Below, one piece after another: positions 30,762-39,087 of a stretch of DNA of 62,008 nt (positions are counted from its first letter, which is position 1; each line of letters begins with the position of its first letter). This DNA comes from a virus (taxonomy: Duplodnaviria; Caudoviricetes): IMG/VR virus record IMGVR_UViG_3300043419_000785, positions 1 through 62,008 of that record; one strand, written 5' to 3'. The notes under the pieces are model-generated. The model did no database searches and was not told the DNA's origin. It saw only the letters and a program-made list of their open reading frames with translations. The translations under genes were made by a program, and so were the position numbers.

Positions 30762-30816
30762 GTTGTACCTTTCAGGTAAGTATCTTGTGCGTTAACACAA
30801 GATACTTTACCACGAC

Positions 30817-31362
30817 CTAAAAGTTTATTGTGATGAATCCGCCGAACTGCCCGAGTTCAGACCAGTCACGTACTTTCGGGTAGAGACCATCACCATCACG
30901 GTCAACGTAATCATCGTCGTCTTGTTCAGGGGATGTGTTGCCTTCGATGGTAAGCACACCTGAACCGTCTGCACGCACTTTATCAATCATGCCCATGTGT
31001 GCATGCCTACCAAGTGCCTTGAAGTAAAAGCATACAATGTCACCTTCACGCAACCTACCAGGATTTGCTTTGGCATCTGCTACTGATATCCAATGACCAG
31101 TACGCTTTGCCCATCGAACCCAGTCAGGCGTGTAGCCAGTGCGAGGCATAGTTGCGTCGTATGTCGTCCCAAAGTCCGTAGCGGCTTGCTTTAGGCGGAA
31201 CCTTACGTGGGCAACACACCAGGGCGAGCCTGGTGGCAGTGATGGAATACAACTGGCCAGGTAGGCTTCGACTTCCTTGCCACGATTCTCTCCACCTTTT
31301 TCAATCACACCCAAGTTCAGCCGAGCGTTGGCAATAGCCTTAACTGCAATTGGTCGGTCCAT
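30817..31362 (-). CDS. CHAP-domain endolysin
   Basis: PWC, GDIV.F, H.G, TIEGNT catalytic motifs. Confidence 0.85.
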   Translation of the reverse strand: MDRPIAVKAIANARLNLGVIEKGGENRGKEVEAYLASCIPSLPPGSPWCVAHVRFRLKQAATDFGTTYDATMPRTGYTPDWVRWAKRTGHWISVADAKANPGRLREGDIVCFYFKALGRHAHMGMIDKVRADGSGVLTIEGNTSPEQDDDDYVDRDGDGLYPKVRDWSELGQFGGFITINF

Positions 31363-31666
31363 GCTTCATCCTCCTCCAATGTTTTGCTGTTTCATTCGAC
31401 GTAGCGTTTGGGCACTCGCCTGTATACGCAAGTACTAACTCTGTTACGAACGCAGTAAACTTCTTGTCTCGTGTAACGCAATACGTTAGATACCAGATTG
31501 CTTTACACAGGTCTTTCGCATATGTTGTGCCGGCTTTCTTCCCACGACGTTGCAAGTACTTGAGTGCACTAAATTCATATCGTGTAAGTTCCCAGTCATC
31601 CGAAACTGCGACTGCATCTAATGTGTTTTGTCCATAGTGTTCACTTAGCCCATGAACGACTGGCAT
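31340..31666 (-). CDS. DUF3310-like protein
   Basis: HY...ALKYL.R.GKK...DL.KA.WYL. Confidence 0.7.
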   Translation of the reverse strand: MPVVHGLSEHYGQNTLDAVAVSDDWELTRYEFSALKYLQRRGKKAGTTYAKDLCKAIWYLTYCVTRDKKFTAFVTELVLAYTGECPNATSNETAKHWRRMKHGPTNCS

Positions 31667-31667
31667 C

Positions 31668-32126
31668 TTATCTACCTGTTGATCCAAATCCTTTATCTCC
31701 TCGATTTGTCTCTCCGTCAAACAAGTCTCCTGTGTTGAGTTGGACAAGTTCTGCTTTGACAACGGGACTGAGCGATATCTGAGCAATTCGTGACCCCCTG
31801 CAAATGTGTTCTACGTTCTTCCCAAGATTCATCAAAATGACTTTAATTTCCCCTTGGTAGTCTTCATCGATAGTGCCTGGTGAGTTCAGCACAAATATTC
31901 CATACGATGCCGCTAAGCCACTGCGTGAACGTACCTGAAGTTCATATCCTTCTGGGATATTAATCTTCAATGCCGTTGGAATGACAGCATATTCGCCGGG
32001 CTGAATGGCTACTGGCTTCTTCACAGCTGCGGAAATGTCAAAGCACGCCGCGTTATTCTTATACTCAGGTAGAGTTATCATGTATGGCTCTATTCCATGA
32101 GGCATTACTTCGTAAACTAACTTCAT
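31668..32126 (-). CDS. dut: Trimeric dUTPase
   Basis: RSRSGLA, GTIDEDYQGE, RIAQ, RG..GFGSTG. Confidence 0.95.
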   Translation of the reverse strand: MKLVYEVMPHGIEPYMITLPEYKNNAACFDISAAVKKPVAIQPGEYAVIPTALKINIPEGYELQVRSRSGLAASYGIFVLNSPGTIDEDYQGEIKVILMNLGKNVEHICRGSRIAQISLSPVVKAELVQLNTGDLFDGETNRGDKGFGSTGR

Positions 32127-33577
32127 AAACTCTCTTTCTGTAACCTTTCACCAATCCACTTCATAACAGGCACTGCCATTGAGTTGCCTATTGCCTTGTA
32201 TCTGCCTGAATCTGACTCCTTTCCCGGCGCCTTCGCCCATTCATCCGGCATTCCTTGTAAACGTTCACATTCGGTCGGCGTTAGACGCCTGACGACCATG
32301 TTCACGGATAGATATTGATCTTGGCTTGCCAATATTGTGAATGCTTTCCCCTCTTGCCCAAGGTAACCTTTGCCACCGCCAGCACATCCACTGCGAATCT
32401 TAAACGTTGTAGGTTCTACCTTTAGTACAGCCGGCTGATTGTCGCCCATATCTGCACGTAACGTAGAACATACCGTGTCTAGCCCAGCAGGACCAGCGTT
32501 TCTGGCTATAGAACCCGGTTCAAATGCGTAGACTTCTGGTTGTACAACACCGTGCACGCCCGTAGCGTTCAACGTGTACATTGGCCCACCCACAGTAAAG
32601 CCATTACCGTTGCCACCATTGAGTGGCTGACGCCCTATCGTGTTCTCCGCTAAGGCTATTGGTTGTACTGCAAGGTTTGTGCTACGGATGTCACCAAGAT
32701 CAAACGTGTTTAAGGTGTTCGCAACTTCATCTTCGACCCACGTCTCATGGTCTTCAGTCGATTGAGCACGCCTCGACTTGCGATATGCATGCTGTACAAG
32801 TGGAGTATTGCCTCCACCTGTACCCCATCGAGCTGCAACTGTAGGTGATTCATCAAGAGGACCTGTAACTCGGCTATCATTAGGATGGTTTTCATAGAGC
32901 ACCGTGACTAAGTTGTATGCTTCGTCTCCGGCTGGTCCTCCTGCTCCTTTTGCCCACTTGCTGCTAACAGTGCCTGTCGTAGTAGCGGTGGGAGTGACTT
33001 TCCTCGTTTTTCGGCTCTCCGAAGGATGCCTTTGCACGCAGTCGGACTCAAAAAGTATTTTTCCGGCACGTCTTGGATCTCCTGAAGAATGTCCGATAAG
33101 GAAGATTCTTTGGCGTCTTTGGGGCACGCCGAAGTACTGAGCGTCCAAGACCCGGTAGGACCACCCATACCCGAGTTCTGAAAACGCCCCGAGGATGGAG
33201 CCAAAAGCCCTTCCTCTGTCAATTGACAAGACACCGGGTACATTTTCCCAGACAACCCATTCGGGTCTAAGGAAATCAACCATACCAGCAAAGACCAAGG
33301 AGAGATTTCCCCGAGGGTCTTCCATTCCTTTTCGCATTCCCGCAACGGAGAATGCTTGACATGGTGTTCCTCCAACGAGAACGTCAACTGCTCCTCTTTC
33401 AATTCCCCACTCCTTGTATTTAGTCATGTCTCCGAAGTTCTTGACATCTGGAAACTTGCCCGCAAGTACTCGACATGGGTATGGTTCAATCTCGGAAAAG
33501 CCAACTGGAGTCCAACCTAACTCATGCCAGCCTAAACTAGCTGCTTCCACACCTGAACACACACTCAAATATCTCAC
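32123..33577 (-). CDS. dcm: DNA (cytosine-5) methyltransferase
   Basis: Motifs SVCSG, GGTPCQ, WENV, QRRQR, RRLTPTECERLQG, YKAIGNS. Confidence 0.95.
   Translation of the reverse strand: MRYLSVCSGVEAASLGWHELGWTPVGFSEIEPYPCRVLAGKFPDVKNFGDMTKYKEWGIERGAVDVLVGGTPCQAFSVAGMRKGMEDPRGNLSLVFAGMVDFLRPEWVVWENVPGVLSIDRGRAFGSILGAFSELGYGWSYRVLDAQYFGVPQRRQRIFLIGHSSGDPRRAGKILFESDCVQRHPSESRKTRKVTPTATTTGTVSSKWAKGAGGPAGDEAYNLVTVLYENHPNDSRVTGPLDESPTVAARWGTGGGNTPLVQHAYRKSRRAQSTEDHETWVEDEVANTLNTFDLGDIRSTNLAVQPIALAENTIGRQPLNGGNGNGFTVGGPMYTLNATGVHGVVQPEVYAFEPGSIARNAGPAGLDTVCSTLRADMGDNQPAVLKVEPTTFKIRSGCAGGGKGYLGQEGKAFTILASQDQYLSVNMVVRRLTPTECERLQGMPDEWAKAPGKESDSGRYKAIGNSMAVPVMKWIGERLQKESL
32908..33402 (-). CDS. Nested alternative-frame ORF, M.EcoHK31I beta-subunit-like
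   Basis: TTG start 7 nt after AAGGAG; SLSDILQ...VPEKYFLSPTACKGILRRAEKRGK motif. Confidence 0.7.
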   Translation of the reverse strand: MKEEQLTFSLEEHHVKHSPLRECEKEWKTLGEISPWSLLVWLISLDPNGLSGKMYPVSCQLTEEGLLAPSSGRFQNSGMGGPTGSWTLSTSACPKDAKESSLSDILQEIQDVPEKYFLSPTACKGILRRAEKRGKSLPPLLRQALLAASGQKEQEDQPETKHTT

Positions 33578-33903
33578 TTAGTTCCGCCTTCGTATGGCTT
33601 ACCGTGCCCTTCCTTGATGAGCATGTCGCTCAACAGGACGCCGTCAACCATAACCTCAGCCAGTATACGCCCATATTTATCCTGACGCTCAAATACTTTA
33701 ATGCTAAGGCTTTTAGACTTTTGCATATTCTGGTCAGTGAATGCTTTGGCAAGAAGTCCTTCAGGAGTATTCTTTTCTGGTGAATTGACGTGCATGACGC
33801 GCACGTGTTTATCAATTAAGTAGATGCCAAATCCCAAGTCAACGTTTGCAACGAATGTGTCACCATCGACAACTCGCAGGTATTTAATCTTATACTCGTA
33901 CAT
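33574..33903 (-). CDS. Thermonuclease (SNase-like)
   Basis: RVVDGDT...DLGF...R...NSPE...DKYGRILA. Confidence 0.9.
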   Translation of the reverse strand: MYEYKIKYLRVVDGDTFVANVDLGFGIYLIDKHVRVMHVNSPEKNTPEGLLAKAFTDQNMQKSKSLSIKVFERQDKYGRILAEVMVDGVLLSDMLIKEGHGKPYEGGTK

Positions 33904-34148
33904 TAATCTTCATCCTCTAGTTCGTCAGCACTGAGAGATATACGCTCGTAGGCAAACTGCACCAGCCCGTAGGCAACAATGTCATCGCAGTTTCTTGCAA
34001 AGGATACACGAGTGCCTTGTGTAAACATACTCGACTCACGCATCAGGAGTACAACGTCAATCCCAGCAGCCCTAGCTTCCTTGATAAGATCGGCAAACAC
34101 ATCTGAAACTTGGTCATAGGAACGTGGGATTTCTTCTCCGTCAATCAT
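33903..34148 (-). CDS. Hypothetical acidic protein (81 aa)
   Basis: AGGAGAGG Shine-Dalgarno; coupled to the SNase gene. Confidence 0.6.
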   Translation of the reverse strand: MIDGEEIPRSYDQVSDVFADLIKEARAAGIDVVLLMRESSMFTQGTRVSFARNCDDIVAYGLVQFAYERISLSADELEDED

Positions 34149-34286
34149 AAACCTCTCCTCTATAAAAGAAAGAACCACCCTGACAGTGGCTGTATAAGGG
34201 TGGCTCTTTCACTTGCGATGGTAGTTGTTGTTCTTCGCAATACTCACCTTGCGGTGGCGAAAACAGTATACAATGACGACAGAGCA

Positions 34287-34673
34287 ATGAGTACAGCAAT
34301 CAAAAAAGATCCGGCAAAGTGGAAGGGTATTGTTGCAAGTGTCAAGGCTGGCACTAAGGGTGGTGACCCTGGTGAGTGGTCTGCACGCAAAGCGCAACTT
34401 GCCACACAAAAGTACAAAGCATCTGGCGGTACATACCAAGGTCCTAAAAAAGCAGACAACAGCCTGTCAAAATGGTCAGACCAAAAGTGGCGCACTAGTG
34501 ATAACACTCCATCCGAAGGCAAAAAACGGTACTTGCCAGATAAGGCATGGTCAGGTTTGTCTAGTGGCGAGAAAGCTGCAACTAACAAAGCAAAAGCCTC
34601 TGGTAATAAAGCCGGAAAACAATTCGTGGCTCAACCAAAGGCTATTGCACAGAAGACTGCAAAGTACCGCTAA
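34287..34673 (+). CDS. DUF5872-like basic phage protein
   Basis: WSARKAQ...YK..GG.Y, SL.KW..QKW, RYLP..AW motifs. Confidence 0.75.
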   Translation: MSTAIKKDPAKWKGIVASVKAGTKGGDPGEWSARKAQLATQKYKASGGTYQGPKKADNSLSKWSDQKWRTSDNTPSEGKKRYLPDKAWSGLSSGEKAATNKAKASGNKAGKQFVAQPKAIAQKTAKYR

Positions 34674-34915
34674 GGTTTATTTTTGATAAGCACCGTGCGT
34701 AAAGCATCTTTGCGTTTTAGGTTGTCCATGGCGTAACTAACGGCGTAGATTAATTCAGTAAACTCTGGGTTGTTAATCCTGCCGACAACTTCCCTCTGCC
34801 CATCTCGATCATAGACTAACTCAATGTACGGTTCGTCTGGGTTATCTTTGAAATGCTTATGTATAGCGGTAACCGCTAGGTACATATCGTCTTCAGTTGA
34901 AATCTTAAAGGTCAT
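34670..34915 (-). CDS. Hypothetical protein (81 aa)
   Basis: AGGAGG Shine-Dalgarno; ATGA overlap. Confidence 0.6.
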   Translation of the reverse strand: MTFKISTEDDMYLAVTAIHKHFKDNPDEPYIELVYDRDGQREVVGRINNPEFTELIYAVSYAMDNLKRKDALRTVLIKNKP

Positions 34916-35172
34916 TCCACTACCTCCTTTTTGTTGGAGACAACAATATGGTTTGCTTCGTCTTCCCACTCATCTACTTGCCAGTCATCAGCTGCTAGGT
35001 CAGATCCACGTAAAGGAGCAAGATGACACAAAACATGAAAGTCAAACTCTACTCTAGCTTCAGAAAACATATTCCAGTCATCTTCGTAGTATATAAAGTG
35101 ACCGTCTTGCCACCCTTTACGGTAGACAGGTAACCCACTCAGTAAGTCGTTCAGCACCTCAGCAAATGTCAT
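34912..35172 (-). CDS. Tad2-like (DUF2829 family) anti-defence protein
   Basis: MTFAEVL..L..G..V.RKGW ... DLAADDW signature. Confidence 0.65.
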   Translation of the reverse strand: MTFAEVLNDLLSGLPVYRKGWQDGHFIYYEDDWNMFSEARVEFDFHVLCHLAPLRGSDLAADDWQVDEWEDEANHIVVSNKKEVVE

Positions 35173-35449
35173 TGGCTTGCGCTTCCTTTGCTTTGTACTT
35201 CTCAATGACAACACGGATAGCATTGTCACCCCAAGGCATAGTCATCGGAGGACTAGGCACACCCATATCGACTAACCACTGCGACATCTGCCGACGAGTC
35301 CTACCTTCCTTATACCAAAGCCAAATCACGTCCTGTATCTCCGCAGGTATATGATCTAGCAGGTACACCCGCTTTTTGGGCGGCTCACCTGTTGAATTTT
35401 TAGACCTGGCACGCACAGAGCCAATCGATCTCGCATTACTTAAACTCAT
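35159..35449 (-). CDS. Hypothetical protein with recombinase-like HTH
   Basis: G.T.RQM...L...GVPSP....W....IR pattern. Confidence 0.5.
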   Translation of the reverse strand: MSLSNARSIGSVRARSKNSTGEPPKKRVYLLDHIPAEIQDVIWLWYKEGRTRRQMSQWLVDMGVPSPPMTMPWGDNAIRVVIEKYKAKEAQANDIC

Positions 35450-35679
35450 CTCTCCCACCACTTCTTCTTAGGCACTGCACGCAGAGCGTGGTCACCCTGG
35501 AGTCCCAACAACTCGTCAATAGACTCATCAAGCAAATCACTTAGCCGGCACGTTACATGGTTGCCAACAAGACCATTCTCCGACTGCATACGACGACGAA
35601 ACACCTCAACACGATACTGCATAAGCAGCATGTCTGACACCAACTCGTCAAACTCTGACCGCAAATCACGCTTGTTCAT
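35446..35679 (-). CDS. Hypothetical protein (77 aa)
   Basis: GGAG Shine-Dalgarno; first gene of the leftward operon. Confidence 0.55.
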   Translation of the reverse strand: MNKRDLRSEFDELVSDMLLMQYRVEVFRRRMQSENGLVGNHVTCRLSDLLDESIDELLGLQGDHALRAVPKKKWWER

Positions 35680-35789
35680 ACAAATCTCCGCTAGTACTAT
35701 ACAATATATTAATGACAGCACGCTAAAATGTTTTGTTGGATAAGCGAATCTACGTCGGTAGAGGGTAGTCGAAGAAAATATGTTCCGTA

Positions 35790-35888
35790 GGGGGCGGGGA
35801 GGATTATAGGAAAAAGGAGGGGCGGGGGCTTGCCATGTGGGGGTGGTTGACCCCGGGTGGGGGAGGGGGTAGGGGGCAGGGGAGGGGG
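35790..35888 (+). other. G-tract cluster (G-quadruplex-capable) at the strand switch
   Basis: About eleven runs of 3-5 G within ~100 bp. Confidence 0.7.
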
Positions 35889-35909
35889 TAATGCCGTAGC
35901 GTCATTCGT

Positions 35910-36017
35910 CCACGCTAGTACAGCGGAGATAGAGGGGCAGGGCCAACTACTTAACCCTCGCAGGTATGGGTGTGCTCTAGTTGGCTACACTGCGTCAAGT
36001 GTATATATATGATGTAA
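35910..36017 (+). repeat. Cassette element copy 1
   Basis: CCACGCTAGTA-N24-AACTAC-N8-CGCAGGTATGG-N9-AGTTGG-N15-TGTATATA-N4-ATGTAA. Confidence 0.92.
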
Positions 36018-36034
36018 CTAGGAGGTTACGAGTC

Positions 36035-36310
36035 ATGTTGCATGAGATATTCAGGGTCAAGGTCGCCAATCAGTTTGGCGACGTCGTCGTAGAAAAGCGT
36101 GTTGACTGGGTCGCGATGACAGACACCACTGACATGACATTCACAACCCGTGAGGTCACGGAGACACTTTGGTTGATTATGCCAAAGATGTGCAAGTGTG
36201 AATGGGACTTAGTCAAGGTAGGCGGGAACCGTCGTTTTCGCAAACTTTGGTTCGAGTCAATTGACGGGCGATATGTTCTATACATATCTGCCAGAAAGGA
36301 GCGGAAGTAA
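36035..36310 (+). CDS. Cassette 1 hypothetical protein (91 aa)
   Basis: AGGAGGT Shine-Dalgarno then ATG at 36035. Confidence 0.7.
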   Translation: MLHEIFRVKVANQFGDVVVEKRVDWVAMTDTTDMTFTTREVTETLWLIMPKMCKCEWDLVKVGGNRRFRKLWFESIDGRYVLYISARKERK

Positions 36311-36399
36311 TGCGAGAGATTCGCTTTACGGTTGCACAGGTTATCGCCTGTGTAATCTTCTGCGGCGCTGTTGGCGCCCTCATCGTCTTAAACTTCTAG
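36310..36399 (+). CDS. Cassette 1 small membrane peptide (29 aa)
   Basis: TAATG coupling; MREIRFTVAQVIACVIFCGAVGALIVLNF. Confidence 0.55.
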   Translation: MREIRFTVAQVIACVIFCGAVGALIVLNF

Positions 36400-36411
36400 G
36401 GAAACCTAGAA

Positions 36412-36439
36412 AGGAGGGCTTCGGCCCTCCTCTTTTTTT
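36412..36439 (+). terminator. Intrinsic terminator
   Basis: AGGAGGGC-TTCG-GCCCTCCT followed by a T-run. Confidence 0.9.
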
Positions 36440-36465
36440 GACCAAAAAAGCGGAGCATAACATAA

Positions 36466-36573
36466 CCACGCTAGTAATGCAGACTTGTCGACAGCGGACG
36501 AACTACATAAACCTCGCACGTATAGGTTGGCTTTAGTTGGCTGGACTGCGTCAAGTGTACTTATAAAGTGTAT
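36466..36573 (+). repeat. Cassette element copy 2
   Basis: Same boxes and spacing. Confidence 0.92.
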
Positions 36574-36613
36574 GGCGATATTGCCTACAACGTAATCGAA
36601 CGGAGGTAATACC

Positions 36614-36814
36614 TTGACGTATTCCTACCGTATGAATGGTGCCTTGCGAGTGGAATTCACTTACAAGGGATACGACTGCGAGATAGAACTATCTCATGGT
36701 GGTATCACAACCCTTCATATCGACAGCCTTGGCTGTTTTGAGTTTGATAGTGATGTATGCACATTACATCATCTAACAAACTTTGCGGATGCCGTCATCC
36801 GCCAATCATCGTAG
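36614..36814 (+). CDS. Cassette 2 hypothetical protein (66 aa)
   Basis: GGAGGT + TTG start. Confidence 0.65.
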   Translation: MTYSYRMNGALRVEFTYKGYDCEIELSHGGITTLHIDSLGCFEFDSDVCTLHHLTNFADAVIRQSS

Positions 36815-36859
36815 TGTTTGTGATTGCCCCTCGGGAAACTGAGGGGCGGAGGTTTCACC

Positions 36860-37042
36860 TTGAACAAAGGTTTATTGATGGGGCTTTTCGTCGTTGCAGT
36901 GATTCATACGGCTTTGTCGTTGCTGCTTGCTTTGGGTTTGCGGTCGTACTTTTGGTACGCTTCATTCCTAGCGACTGTGATTGTCGCTAACATCATCGGA
37001 CATCACCCTGCGGTTTACGCAGAGCTGACAAAGAAGGGTTGA
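36860..37042 (+). CDS. Cassette 2 membrane protein (60 aa)
   Basis: GGAGGT + TTG start; two hydrophobic segments. Confidence 0.6.
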   Translation: MNKGLLMGLFVVAVIHTALSLLLALGLRSYFWYASFLATVIVANIIGHHPAVYAELTKKG

Positions 37043-37047
37043 CCTTT

Positions 37048-37072
37048 GGAGGGCTTCGGCCCTCCTTTTTTT
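37048..37072 (+). terminator. Intrinsic terminator
   Basis: GGAGGGC-TTCG-GCCCTCC + T7. Confidence 0.9.
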
Positions 37073-37097
37073 CGACTTATGCGGGAGCATATGCACA

Positions 37098-37205
37098 CCA
37101 CGCTAGTAATGCAGAGTTAGTCAAGGAAGACGAACTACATACACCTCGTAGGTATGGATGTGCTTCGGTTGGCAGAATACCACGGTTTGTACTTACATAA
37201 TGTAA
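37098..37205 (+). repeat. Cassette element copy 3
   Basis: Same boxes and spacing. Confidence 0.92.
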
Positions 37206-37223
37206 CCAAGGAGGTTATATACA

Positions 37224-37469
37224 ATGCGGTACTTTGAATTGTGTCGGGTTCGTGATGTGTCGCCGATGTCAACTGATGTCGAATATTCGGCACCATGTGT
37301 CATGTGTGGTGACAAGGTCAAGGTGGTCGTGTCTGAACAAGACCACGTGTCAATGCGGTGGGAAAACAGTATCCCGCAGCATCTCGAGATTTCATCTCGG
37401 GAATTCTTCATGTCGGGTATGTGCTCGGGATGTCAGGAGGATGTTTTCAGCGATGAAGACGAGGATTAG
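37224..37469 (+). CDS. Cassette 3 zinc-ribbon-like protein (81 aa)
   Basis: AAGGAGG Shine-Dalgarno; CVMC...CSGC; acidic tail. Confidence 0.75.
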   Translation: MRYFELCRVRDVSPMSTDVEYSAPCVMCGDKVKVVVSEQDHVSMRWENSIPQHLEISSREFFMSGMCSGCQEDVFSDEDED

Positions 37470-37569
37470 ACTTTGGGATGCCATGATGGTCGCCATCATG
37501 GTTTTCGTCGGGCTGGCGTGGATGTGGATGGTCGCCAATGGCGTCTATCTCGTCGACTTTGAATTCTGA
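37453..37569 (+). CDS. Cassette 3 small membrane peptide (38 aa)
   Basis: AGGAGG upstream; one hydrophobic helix; ends just before the terminator. Confidence 0.5.
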   Translation: MKTRIRLWDAMMVAIMVFVGLAWMWMVANGVYLVDFEF

Positions 37570-37573
37570 ACTC

Positions 37574-37598
37574 AGGAGGCTTCGGCCTCCTTTTTTTT
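37574..37598 (+). terminator. Intrinsic terminator
   Basis: AGGAGGC-TTCG-GCCTCC + T8. Confidence 0.9.
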
Positions 37599-37625
37599 GT
37601 GTGCCAAATCGGGAGCACACCACCA

Positions 37626-37733
37626 CCACGCTAGTAATGCCAATGTGACCAACCAGGACGAACTACATAAGCCTAGCAGGTATGGGTTGGTTATAGTTGG
37701 TGGTGCACGTGGAAGTGTACTTATTAGATGTAA
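37626..37733 (+). repeat. Cassette element copy 4
   Basis: Same boxes and spacing. Confidence 0.92.
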
Positions 37734-37765
37734 GTGACGTACTTACAATGAAAGGTTTACTAATC

Positions 37766-37999
37766 ATGATTAGTATGACATTCGAGAAGTTTTGGGCGTA
37801 CGTGTCCCGATACATCTCAAACCGTATCGGCGTTGGATTGGACGACTTGGCTGATGTAGATATCTGGGATTATTACTCAGAGCATCCTGAGACCAAGGAG
37901 CATTGGCAAGGGGCTATTCGTGATGCAGCGGAGCACGCTATGTCTGAGCAGGACTGCGTAGACCCTGAAATCATGGCATTGTTCTCTACTCAGGACTAA
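37766..37999 (+). CDS. Cassette 4 acidic protein (77 aa)
   Basis: AAAGGT Shine-Dalgarno; D/E-rich. Confidence 0.7.
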   Translation: MISMTFEKFWAYVSRYISNRIGVGLDDLADVDIWDYYSEHPETKEHWQGAIRDAAEHAMSEQDCVDPEIMALFSTQD

Positions 38000-38053
38000 G
38001 ATATGCGGCCCGGGCTGACGTTCTCATGTGATACTCCGTCAGCCTTATACCGC

Positions 38054-38085
38054 AGAACCGGGGCTTCGGCTCCGGTTCTTTTTTT
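38054..38085 (+). terminator. Intrinsic terminator
   Basis: AGAACCGGGGC-TTCG-GCTCCGGTTC + T7. Confidence 0.9.
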
Positions 38086-38110
38086 GGCTGGTTGCCAAAC
38101 CACACACACA

Positions 38111-38218
38111 CCACGCTAGTATTGCCAATATCATCAAGCCAAACGAACTACATAGACCACGCAGGTATGGGTTGGTTATAGTTGGTGGTACGGCGACAAG
38201 TGTACTTATTATATGTAA
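38111..38218 (+). repeat. Cassette element copy 5
   Basis: Same boxes and spacing. Confidence 0.92.
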
Positions 38219-38237
38219 GCGTTGGAGGCTTACTATC

Positions 38238-38675
38238 ATGTATCAAGTCAAACAACGTTCACCGTTCGGTGAAACGTACGTGCACGGGCAATTTATGTCG
38301 TTTAGCAATGCAATGCATTGCTGCCTTGCAGTCAATGATACCCGTAGCAGGGCATTCAAGGCGTATCCTGCCTACATTTTTGAATCGGTAACACAACGTG
38401 TTATCAAGCCATCACGACGCCCTGCATATTATTATGCAATCTTTGTGAATGAAGGGCATTATGCATACGGCGGTGCTGAAATATTCACAAGTGTAAAGGC
38501 TATCAAGGCCGAGTTATTTGAGCGATTGAATAATCAGCGGCGATACCCTTGCGTGGATAAGCGGGCAAGTTTTGAGGTCTACTACCTCAATCCTGATGAC
38601 CTTGATTACACTTGCCCTGATTTTCGTGTGCACTTCGGTAAACGCGGCGGCGTCAAAATAACAAAATATGTTTGA
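38238..38675 (+). CDS. Cassette 5 hypothetical protein (145 aa)
   Basis: GGAGG Shine-Dalgarno; ends at the terminator; GKRGGV C-terminus. Confidence 0.7.
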   Translation: MYQVKQRSPFGETYVHGQFMSFSNAMHCCLAVNDTRSRAFKAYPAYIFESVTQRVIKPSRRPAYYYAIFVNEGHYAYGGAEIFTSVKAIKAELFERLNNQRRYPCVDKRASFEVYYLNPDDLDYTCPDFRVHFGKRGGVKITKYV

Positions 38676-38678
38676 CGC

Positions 38679-38705
38679 AGGGAGGCTTCGGCCTCCCTTT
38701 TTTTT
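38679..38705 (+). terminator. Intrinsic terminator
   Basis: AGGGAGGC-TTCG-GCCTCCC + T8. Confidence 0.9.
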
Positions 38706-38730
38706 GTCAGCCTGGCTGACCACACACACA

Positions 38731-38838
38731 CCACGCTAGTACTGCATATATAGACAACACGGACGAACTACACAATCCTCGCAGGTATGGGTCTGCTTTA
38801 GTTAGTGGTACGTGTGCGATTGTACTAAATAGATGTAA
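38731..38838 (+). repeat. Cassette element copy 6
   Basis: Same boxes and spacing. Confidence 0.92.
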
Positions 38839-38853
38839 CAGGAGGTTACTAAC

Positions 38854-39087
38854 ATGGATTGGATTACAGGAGAGCTGTTCGCATGGTACGGCGACAGCAT
38901 GGTTTTGCAGGTAGAAGAATCACGGGAACCCGTAACGGCTGATTGGTGCCGTGATTTCGTATATGAAGACTTCGATTCCTGCGAATTGAAGGAAGGCACG
39001 GCACTACATAGCATCTTTAATCATTTGCTTTGGTACGCCGAGTGGGACAAATTGGCAGAACGTGTAAACGCAGTATTGGAGGATTAG
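38854..39087 (+). CDS. Cassette 6 acidic protein (77 aa)
   Basis: AGGAGG Shine-Dalgarno. Confidence 0.7.
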   Translation: MDWITGELFAWYGDSMVLQVEESREPVTADWCRDFVYEDFDSCELKEGTALHSIFNHLLWYAEWDKLAERVNAVLED

